A stretch of DNA of 17,653 nucleotides. It comes from Ginkgo biloba. Its lineage: Eukaryota > Plantae > Ginkgophyta. Shown piece by piece: positions 1 to 9,389 of this stretch. The position numbers and the translations under genes are program-made. The notes under the pieces were generated by a model, which was not told where the DNA came from, did no database searches, and was given only the letters and a program-made list of their open reading frames with translations. The stretch lies in contig JANKJI020000001.1 of the NCBI GenBank assembly GCA_024626585.2, forward strand, positions 18,364,831 to 18,382,483. Reading direction: 5' to 3'. Each line of letters starts with the position of its first letter. The first letter of the stretch is position 1.

Positions 1-1108
1 GAAGGTAGGAGATCCATGAGATAGGGCATGGTTCATCCTTTGGGGGAAGAGGCTTGAAGGGGAGGAGAAGAATGGAGTGAAGAAGTTTTTGTTTTTAGCA
101 TGAGAGTGCATTTTATTTTGGTGTGTTATTAAGGAAAGAATGAATCCATAGAGAACGATGGAGAATTTTATAGTATACAACCTTAGAGAATATGAAGAAC
201 ACCATTATTTTGGTTGGTTTCCAGTAGATGGTGCACCCTGCACCTCCCTGTCTATTTGATCTTATTTTTTTATGAAATTAATAGAAAACACCCTTGGAAT
301 TTTTGAAAGTTTATCTTTGGTTTATTTTGGGTGTATAATGGTGTATTTATGTCAATGAAGCATTATTTGGGTGGTGGTTTCATGCATGATTCTTCTTTTA
401 TATATTTCCATACATGGTTAGCAGTTAAATTTTGTTATTCTATGCAACGAATGTACAAAACACCCTTGCACAACTTCCTCACTAGTTAATCTTATGATTC
501 GTCGATTTATGGTTAATTTTTATGTTTTTGTTTGGCCTAGGTGTTGTTTTTTCCCTCCTCTTTCATTCTATGTTGTTTCTGTTGGTTGTAGGGTCAGAAC
601 TTATTTATTCATCCTCCTTCGTGAGTTTGTTTTCCCCTCCTTTGCTCATTGCATTTCCCTTTCTCAGGTTATGGTACCCCCTTGCTGCCCCGTTGCCCTC
701 CTTCCTCTCATTGCTACCTCCTCCTCATAACTTGATTGTCCTCCTCCACTTGGGTTGTCGCTTGCCTTATAACCCTCACTTTTAATTTTAATCACTTTTA
801 ATTTTTTATGGCCCCCTTAACCTTGACTGTGGTCATATGGGATGCTCATAGAACCTCCCTTAAGGGATAAAAAGAGAATTAGTTCTAGAGAGTGTTATCA
901 ATTTTTAAGAAGGGAAATGGACTTATAAATCTTTCGTTTTGTGCATCCATAAAAAGGGTAATAAGAAGTACTCATTCATGAAGATTTTCATTCGATAATA
1001 CCTCATAAATACAACCAAATAAAATAAAATAAAAATAAATCATGAGTTATATCAATAATATGTGATGACATGCACTTATTTTCCACCTCTTTGACCTCGA
1101 AGTGCCAA

Positions 1109-1218
1109 ATGAGACTTTGTTGTTCATTGAATGGGCCTTTTTTGTTTGTCAAATGGGCCTTGGTCATTTGTCAAACATGCCTTTATCATTTTTCGAATGG
1201 GCCTTGACCAATTTTTTG
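1109..1218 (+). repeat. Degenerate 22-bp tandem repeat (5 units), same family as 14701-14870
   Basis: Units start at 1109, 1131, 1153, 1175, 1197: atgagactttgttgttcattga / atgggccttttttgtttgtcaa / atgggccttggtcatttgtcaa / acatgcctttatcatttttcga / atgggccttgaccaattttttg; exact 22-nt phase. Confidence 0.75.
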
Positions 1219-1358
1219 TCCCTGGCCTAAAAAAAAATCAAAGTTCATTTAATGATTANNNNNNNNNNNNNNNNNNNNNNNNNNNNNNNNNNNNNNNNNN
1301 NNNNNNNNNNNNNNNNNNNNNNNNNNNNNNNNNNNNNNNNNNNNNNNNNNNNNNNNNN

Positions 1359-3180
1359 AGAAGCCCCAAAACCAAGCTTCCATAACATATAAAAAGGAAA
1401 ATCATGTTGTATCCTATCATAAGCTTTTTCAAAATGTATATTAAGGAAAAGCGTAATTTACATTGACTCTCTTGCCCACACCATCCCTTCGTTGACTGCC
1501 AAAATGTTGTCCAAAATAAAATGGTCTTTAATAAAACCCATTTGCTCAGTTCTAATAATTTTCTTCAAGGCATCCCTAATCCTTAAGGTGAGGGCTTTGG
1601 ATAATATTTTGTATGAAACATTAATGAGTGCAATTGGTCTCTACCCTCCTATTGCCTCTAGATCTCTTCCCTATTTAGGAATTATCTTTATAATACTAGC
1701 ATTAATCCTATTTCCTAAAGAGGTGTTAATAATAACTTCCCTACACATCATCAGAATATCGTGTCTTATAATATCCTAATAAACCTTATAGAACTCCGCT
1801 AGAATCCCATCTCCACCTAGATACTTCTCTTTTTCCAAACCACATAGCATGTTTAATCTTTCAAAAGGTAATATATAAGTCAAAGAGCTTATCTTAAGGA
1901 GATGAAACTCTCCTCAAAACTATTTCCAAACATTAGTGTAGTACAACTTGTAGACTTGGGAAAAGCTCCTATATACTGAAGATAGCTTAAAAGTGATGCC
2001 CAATTATCTCCACAATATTCTTTAACTCAATTATTCTTTATCCTTGCTAATTGTTTAAGGCCCAAATCCTTCTATTTTCTCTTTTCACTTTAAGGCTGCA
2101 AAAAAAAAAACTTAGAGGAGGTATCTCCTTCTTTCACCCATTAAAGTCTAGCCCACACTTGAACTCCTCTAGCTTTCAACTATTCATTTTTTCTTAGTTC
2201 TAGCACCGCTTCACTGTCTACCTCTTGCAAGGTTGAATAAAAATGATTCCACTTCAATTATTGGTGAGTTATTTGAATCACTTTAACTAACACATTATAT
2301 CGAGCTCTCCTAATGTTTGCTTTCACTTTCCTAAAACCTCTTATCTAATGCATTATTCTAGTTATTACAACCTCCCACTAGAGAATCCAACCCTTAAATC
2401 CATGTGGTCTAAGGACCAAATTCTAGACATTTTGAACTCCAACATAAAATTCTTTATCTTTGAGATTTGTAATATTATGTTTAAATAATGAATTTATAGA
2501 AGGATTCCAATTAGGGCCTATCATTGTCACTCTTCGTATGGAAAAATAGCCTAACTGTGTTCTAATCAAATGGACCTTCATGAACTCTAAAGGATAGTCC
2601 AATGGGCCATTGCTAAAGAAATACTATATATCTAACCTAGCCCACGCTCTTTCATGTCCCATTCATATATTGGGCCAAGTATACACTTCCTCTCCAATGG
2701 GTGAGGATTTTGTAAAACCTAGTGGCAACTTATAGTACATCTATATTTTCATCTCAATTGTAGTCATTAGATGGCTTAAGATACCTTTGCAATCTTCTCT
2801 TATTTCAACCATATTGAAGTCATCCTACACTACCCAAGAATCAGGAGGTAGCAAGGATGACATTCATTACCACAATGCAATTCTATCTAGAACTTCATTT
2901 GGAGCATATTGACTCATAACCTTGCTAAACCAAATTGTTCCTCATCTAGCCCTAATACGCTATAATGGCACCGCTAGATTCCTTGACATGATTAGTTACA
3001 AGGTTATTCGATCTCCATATGGAATGCATCATTACTTTAGCCTAAATCCTTATACTTTAACCTCCTAAAGGGCAATAAAATTAAGAATACTTACTAAATA
3101 CAACATTAAGGAATTTGATACTACTCTTCTCTGAGATATTAGAAGTTCTTGAAAATTCATTGCAAAAAGGACATTTTCAT
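1359..3180 (-). pseudogene. LINE ORF2 remnant (APE endonuclease and reverse transcriptase)
   Basis: ATG at 3180. Endonuclease: FIAL*EVKV*GFRL (~3045-3085), YAPNE (2894-2908), WVV*DDFNMVE (~2804-2836), YTWPN...ARLD (~2630-2682), SDN in place of SDH (~2523-2531). RT (1850 to 1359): KYLGGDGILAEFYKVY*DII...IIKIIPK*...G*RPIALINVSYKILSKAL...EQMGFIKDHFILDNI...EGMVWARESM*...IHFEKAYDRI...KLGFG. Many stops and frameshifts. ORF 1492..1779(+) is its antisense. Confidence 0.95.
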
Positions 3181-4105
3181 TTAGACCCTAATTCATAGAG
3201 AGCCATTTCTATGATAGTCTCTTCCACTTGATCAACAAATTATATTTTGGGGGCATTTTCTTAGTCCCTTAAAATATTAAACCTATTGTGAGTGATGAGC
3301 TCCATCATTAACATAAGCCATAGCCATCCTTTTTAAAGTTTTCTTTTTTACTTCATTTCCTAAAGCCACTCCTTTGGGTACCTTATCTTTAATACTAAAA
3401 AGAGGTCTTGTGTTTCTCCTTTTTCCCTTCTTAATTATAAGATTGTATGTTAAAGATAAATGTTTGACACTCAGGCTAGCTTACATAGTAGTATCAATCA
3501 TGTTTTATTTGTTATGTCCTTAGAGAGATTGCTCTCTTTGGGTTTTGAACATTAGTTCATCAATGTTTGGGGTGTTACTCCCCACAATCTCAATCTTACT
3601 TATTTTTTATGAATGGGAAATATGATTGACCTCTTCTTTTCTTTGTAACCATCTATTCCTTCAACAAGTTAGATAATATTGTTATTTTCTTCTTAAACAC
3701 CTAATTTTATTGACTCGAAGACCCATTGCCATTGTCTAGAGGAGAAGTTGGTGTGCTTGCGTTTAAATTATCCTTCTTATTTTTTTAACTAATTTTTTTT
3801 TGTGGTGACCTTCAAAGTTCAGGGTAGGTGTTGGTAATGGATAATGCTTCACAAAATGACCTATTATCTGACATCTAAAGCACATAATGGGAGATTGTAA
3901 TAACTCACTACTTGATTTTAAACTCTACTTCTCTCAAATATGTAAATTTTCTCCATTAAGGATATAGAGAGATCAACTTCTTCATAGACCCTCAGTGTTA
4001 GATGATCATTGGATTACCTCTCTACTTGCCTTAATATAAATTTTCCTACTGGCTTCATAATTTCTTGTATTAAGTCCCATAGGTATAAATGAAGTAATCC
4101 TACAA
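3177..4105 (-). pseudogene. LINE ORF1 remnant (gag-like, CCHC zinc knuckle)
   Basis: VGLLHLYLWDLIQEIMKPVGK...LTLRVYEEVDLSISL resembles the plant L1 ORF1 pattern GLPLHLW...ARVCVEVDLS. It is followed by CFRCQIIGHFVKHYP (C-X2-C-X4-H-X4-C, last C changed to Y) at 3841-3882. The likely frame ends ...MALYELGSK* at 3177. Confidence 0.78.
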
Positions 4106-4302
4106 CGATTAACACAAAAATCACAAGCAATAGAACAATAGAATCCAAATAGTGCAAAGAACACAAGATTATTGTATTATCTACCACTTTGAGGGTGGGA
4201 ATCTCCAATACATGCAATAGCACAAAATTATCGATACCCTTCTTGAATTACATGTGATATATATATATATAGGAACTCCTAAGCCCAAAACATGACTAAC
4301 TA
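4106..4302 (-). mobile_element. Possible LTR fragment abutting or interrupting LINE copy A
   Basis: Read on the minus strand it has a TATATA run followed by TGTAA...AATACAATAAT, resembling an LTR promoter/polyA region. No clear terminus, PBS or TSD is visible. Confidence 0.25.
4257..4271. repeat. (AT)n microsatellite
   Basis: atatatatatatata. Confidence 0.8.
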
Positions 4303-6073
4303 NNNNNNNNNNNNNNNNNNNNNNNNNNNNNNNNNNNNNNNNNNNNNNNNNNNNNNNNNNNNNNNNNNNNNNNNNNNNNNNNNNNNNNNNNNNNNNNNNN
4401 NNACAACCTATGTCGATATCATAAGTTGAGGATTTTATGACAGTTTTTGGTTCTAAGAGGGATTAACTGGCCTTACTTGTTATGGGAGACTCAATATGTA
4501 TTGAGGAGGGGGATAGTAATAATTAAATTGATTCATAGGACTATCATAAAACTTCCCATCCATAGGAGGATACTGAGGGTGGTGTGGGGGATAAAATTAT
4601 GGAGGATATAGGGTATTAGACATGACTTTATTTAAAACTCCTCCCATTTTTGGAATTATCATAAGGAGATGGGTATGAATACATACTAGGAGGATACCTT
4701 GNNNNNNNNNNNNNNNNNNNNNNNNNNNNNNNNNNNNNNNNNNNNNNNNTTAACTCCATCCTCATCTCCCTTTTTTCTTCTGTGTCAGGAAGAGTTATGC
4801 GAATGCATCATCATCTTTGTTTGTTATCTCTTTCAACTTTTTAAAAGAACCTCTATCTTTTGTGTCTTTGTTGGTGACAACATCCATCTCACATTGATTC
4901 TTAATATGTTTCTTTCTTCACATTGGGTATAAAATTTCTAGAGCTGGACTGGTGACAAGATCCTTTAATTTTGTCCTTAATTTAAGACTAATCAATTATT
5001 TTGCAACCAAGGACAGAATGTCTTATTTCAAATATCCCAACATATTTGTGATCTCTACCTTGTTTATTGTCTTTATCTATTCCAGTAAACTTTGAGAGTG
5101 TCTTTATACTCTGCCAATTGCCAATTAACACAAAAAATGGATGGAACCCTGAAACGAATAGGCTTAAGGAATACAAAAAAGATAGGAAAATAGAATTGAT
5201 GATGGGCACAAATTAAAGTCCATCAATAATTATTATCATTACTATGATACAAAATTAATATATTTTAATCCTTATTTTTTCATATCCAAATTTTTTTTAC
5301 ATCTTATTACTCATTAGATTAGTTCATTTTTTCCCTATAAACTATCACCTTCTTTTATTTACCCTTTAATAAGTGGTGCTAACATGAGGGGGTGGGGGAG
5401 ATTCACTCATAATTTTTTTTCAAACATGTAAGGTTGACTCACTTTATTTCCTTTAATAACAAAATGTTCATTCTTATACTATCAATCTTTATGCTAATCA
5501 TTCAAAAAATATATATCCATATAGTTTCATACTTCAATTGCCTTATATATATTCTTTAATTTTGATCTCATGCCTTATATAATAAAATCCACAGTTTATA
5601 TATTTTTACTATCCCTTTGGTATAATGATTATTTCTTCCTTCCTATAAGTCATTTAGGGGTAATTATTGTGTAACACACTATTAAAATTCTTCTCAAGTG
5701 CATAGAAAAACATCTACCAAAGGGGGAAAATGGAAGGAGGAAGAGGAAGGAAGACGAAACTGTAGGAGGATGGGAGAGAAGAGACTCTTGACAATCTACC
5801 AACACAGTGGTTGGGCGGGATAACCAGACCAAACCCAGAGTAGAGTGCCTTTAGCAGTGTAAATGAAAGGGANNNNNNNNNNNNNNNNNNNNNNNNNNNN
5901 NNNNNNNNNNNNNNNNNNNNNNNNNNNNNNNNNNNNNNNNNNNNNNNNNNNNNNNNNNNNNNNNNNNNNNNNNNNNNNNNNNNNNNNNNNNNNNNNNNNN
6001 NNNNNNNNNNNNNNNNNNNNNNNNNNNNNNNNNNNNNNNNNNNNNNNNNNNNNNNNNNNNNNNNNNNNNNNNN

Positions 6074-6210
6074 AGTTTAAACCCTACCACCTTTACCTCT
6101 TGAAGACAGAGGGTTGAGATATCTTTATTCTCAAAATGCAAACTCTTGATAGAGCTCTTTCTGCATAGGTCTGAAAGCCCACGCACATTTCAACTAATGC
6201 ATTTTACCAT
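6074..6210 (-). pseudogene. LINE ORF2 APE endonuclease N-terminus
   Basis: MVKCIS*NVRGLSDLCRKSSIKSLHFENKDISTLCLQEVKVVGFK matches the canonical SWNVRGL...LCLQETK motifs I-II; the W codon TGG has become TGA. Confidence 0.92.
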
Positions 6211-6790
6211 TGGGGCACATAGAGTTTTTCTAGCGTCCACATTTTGTGATCATATTCTTCCTTATTGTCTGATAGGGCTTCAAACCCATTTTTGGTAGGG
6301 AGACTTCTTCTAAATCACCTTGAGATTTAAAATAGCCATTTGTAGTGGTTGGATGCTTATCTCCTCTAGCTAAAACTTGGTGAAACAAAAGAGTAGATTT
6401 TTTGCAATAGAGGAGGTGGAGACTTTGTCCTAGTCATTAAGGATTTTTTGGCTTAAGGAAGTTCATCATCTTGCTTGGATTTTTGTCCAAAAGTCTTGGC
6501 ATTACCCTTGGATATGGGAATGCTTTTAATAGAAGTGGGGTTGCATTGTTATGCAACCCGACTATTCTTGGGAGGCTTGGTTGGCTTGATAGAGCCAACA
6601 AACTTCCTAGAGTTGGGTTTACTCTTTTCCAACCTTCATCCTTAGAAGAAGGTTGAGGTCTATTGGCAATATTCTCAACTTGCTCATTTATTGTATGATC
6701 CACTTGGTTGGCTTGTTGAGTTGTGGACACAAACTCCTTATTCATCAAGGGAAAATCCTTAATCTTATATAATGGTTTCAATCTAGGAAG
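6074..6790 (-). mobile_element. Degenerate L1-clade LINE (copy B): ORF1 C-terminus and ORF2 start, cut by an N-gap
   Basis: ORF1-tail motifs DEGWKRV (in ORF 6437..6913) and KNGFEAL (~6276-6293) lie directly upstream of an endonuclease N-terminus. The 5' boundary is approximate. Confidence 0.8.
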
Positions 6791-7310
6791 GATGAATACA
6801 TTAACCATAGTGAACATATGCTCCATTAAATAATGATTTGTGGGTAATGCAATAAAGGCCATGATTACCTTGTTCTTAGAGACCAAAGTTTTAATGGTTA
6901 ATAATATCATCATTTATTATCTTTTTTAACATGATTTTTACTTTTACCTATATATCCTATTAAGTTACAAGAGTAATGTATCTAGTGCATAAGTCCACCT
7001 TAAGCACTAGATACATTACTCTTGGTGATGGTGATTAATACCATACAATGCCACATTAAGGAATTACATATAAAGTGTGTGACGTATACATCATCACATC
7101 AACTAGTTTTGCATAACATTTTTTACCAACCTATTCTATCACTAATCTAATTTTATATGTGAACCTCAAAACTATGGTCAATCTTAAGAATGTAATTGAT
7201 ATTAAAGTGCATGGCATCATATTTGGGACATTAACTTATTACATCAAAGAATCAACATATATAACTTAACTCTAGGATAATAACACAACTTTGTGTAAAA
7301 CCATACCAAT

Positions 7311-7330
7311 ATAATAATAATAATAATAAT
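7311..7330. repeat. (ATA)n microsatellite
   Basis: ataataataataataataat within a very AT-rich stretch (~6900-7790). Confidence 0.8.
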
Positions 7331-7890
7331 GCACTAAAAAATGTTCATTTTATAATATTAAAATAATTATAACATAACTATAGAATATATGATAGTAAAT
7401 TATACTGACACTATAATAATACTAATTTCCAAAACATGGAATATATACAAGTTTACTGATCAAATTACTCCTTCAAAATGTTCATGAAAGAAATGTGTAT
7501 ACAATTTCTTACTATAATAACATATTCTTTAAATATAGTAATCAAGGCATTTATCATCTTAGCTGGACTAATATGAACTACTAATCTAATGTGTTATAGA
7601 TCATATTAATTGCGTTAAAAATAGTTAATCCAACAACTAGGTTACAAACCACTAATCTAATTTTTTAATTTTTATTAATCCATTTCATTTCACGTGTAAA
7701 TTCAATAAGAATAATGAGGCATATCCACTGCTTATTCCAATATAGATTTTCTCATTATTTAATAAGTAGAATCAATATGTAGACTTATAANNNNNNNNNN
7801 NNNNNNNNNNNNNNNNNNNNNNNNNNNNNNNNNNNNNNNNNNNNNNNNNNNNNNNNNNNNNNNNNNNNNNNNNNNNNNNNNNNNNNNNNN

Positions 7891-8880
7891 CCCAAGTAAG
7901 GCAGAATCGAACTAAACTGGGGTAGATTCAGCACATGGGTGACATGATTGTATGCAGAATTAGCTGAGAGGGACATATGTATGGAGATGATCGAGAGGGA
8001 CCCACAAATTGATAAGGTGCAGGTGACGCAAACCCACCTAGGGTGTAGGCCCCAGTCAATGTAGAATAAGATCCATCAGGAGCAAAGAATCTAGCGATAT
8101 CAACACCAGATGACAACTTAGGCCCCTCCGCCTCCCTACCTCCTTAGTGTGAGGTAGAATAAGCCCCAAGGAGGACCGAGCATCAGCCTCGAAATGAGGG
8201 AACAGATGAGTGAATTCAGAAAGCTCAAGGGGTGTTTGAGGTCTAGAACATTGAACTCTCATAGGAGCATGTATAGTAGCAAGGTTTTCAGGGGGTAAAC
8301 CCTAAAGTCTGCGTGATTGAGCAATCCCCTGGACAGGGGGGTCAGTTGGTGGGCAAGACTCCATGGCAACAAATGTCGAAACGAGGATGGATATGTGAAT
8401 CTATAAAATATGACAATGAGAAATAAAAAAGATGAAGGGTAAAGAATCCCCTCCAATAGGGTATCTTCAAAAAGGTCAACTAAATAGTGGTTGCGAATGA
8501 TGGGAAGTATATATGAAAAGGCAACTCTCAACTAGAATAGACAAGCGACGTATGACAATCACCACTTGTTTTCCACAGGCAAGATGCGGGTAGCATGTAG
8601 GTCACTAAGCTACCATACCCGAAAACAAAGAATCATAATGTTGAGGTTGTCTCCCCAAGCGCGCCGCAACCCACTCCTAAACCTCTATCATGACCTCAAA
8701 GTAGACCTATAATAACCTAGATAAAATAAAGACTCTAGTTCCCCCAGGGATAGTGAAGATCTATGTGGACCTCCTAAAGGGATATTAGTGATATGTTAAC
8801 ACTAATCAAAACCTAGAGTATATGCATAAAGTTTTCCCATGTCTCTAATATGAGTAATAGAGTCTCCACTCCCTATCCAC
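7891..8880 (-). mobile_element. GC-richer, coding-like decayed segment, probably a transposon-internal accessory ORF (family unassigned)
   Basis: Consecutive overlapping minus-strand ORFs (8259..8531, 8056..8262, 7928..8116) suggest one frameshifted ancestral frame with a Pro/Ser-rich C-terminus. No diagnostic motif recognised. Confidence 0.3.
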
Positions 8881-9353
8881 AACTAACACTTACCCTCGGG
8901 AATCACCCCCAAAAATAAATTTTGTAATGACTTCCCTGGGATGTATGGAATGGGGTCCCTAAAAGGGGCATAAAAAACACCACACATCCCTCTTCCCCAC
9001 TAGTTTTCATCTCTAGTTTGCTAGGCGAAGAGAAACCAAAAGTGGCCTATAGAACATAGGGGATATTAGTCTTAACAACACAATAGTAGGTTTTAAATTA
9101 TAAGTTTAAAAGCAAATTACCTAGGACTTACGCAAAGGACCCAGTGAAACCTAAGGCAAGATAAAGGAAATAATGTCAAGGTAGAGGAAGACTATGATCT
9201 ATCCTCCNNNNNNNNNNNNNNNNNNNNNNNNNNNNNNNNNNNNNNNNNNNNNNNNNNNNNNNNNNNNNNNNNNNNNNNNNNNNNNNNNNNNNNNNNNNNN
9301 NNNNNNNNNNNNNNNNNNNNNNNNNNNNNNNNNNNNNNNNNNNACAACTATGC

Positions 9354-9357
9354 ATAT

Positions 9358-9388
<31 letters not shown>

Positions 9389-9389
9389 T
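9354..9389. repeat. Compound (TATATC)n/(TA)n microsatellite
   Basis: atatatatctatatctatatctatatatatatatat, next to an N-gap. Confidence 0.85.

Larger units (their letters stand above)
1359..4105 (-). mobile_element. Degenerate L1-clade LINE retrotransposon (copy A): partial ORF1 and ORF2 (endonuclease, RT N-terminal part), cut by an N-gap
   Basis: Manual minus-strand translation gives ORF1 zinc knuckle, APE endonuclease motifs and RT motifs in the canonical order (see sub-features). The 5' boundary is approximate. Confidence 0.92.

Noticed and set aside
1-480. Possible Mutator-like terminal region (aaaacaccctt twice, purine-rich start)
   Set aside because: No partner TIR, TSD or transposase visible; the motif resemblance alone is too weak.
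494-785. Two overlapping hydrophobic ORFs as membrane proteins
   Set aside because: Produced by T/C-rich low-complexity sequence; no recognisable domain.
1109-1218. CRISPR-like array
   Set aside because: Units are contiguous with no unique spacers, the context is a plant TE region, and no cas genes are present.
1492-1779. 95-aa plus-strand CDS
   Set aside because: Antisense shadow of the LINE RT frame.
8600-8632. FVFGYGSLV on the minus strand resembles the ChaC/gamma-glutamylcyclotransferase N-terminal motif
   Set aside because: Preceded by a stop, and no downstream similarity (no W.PGF); likely chance.
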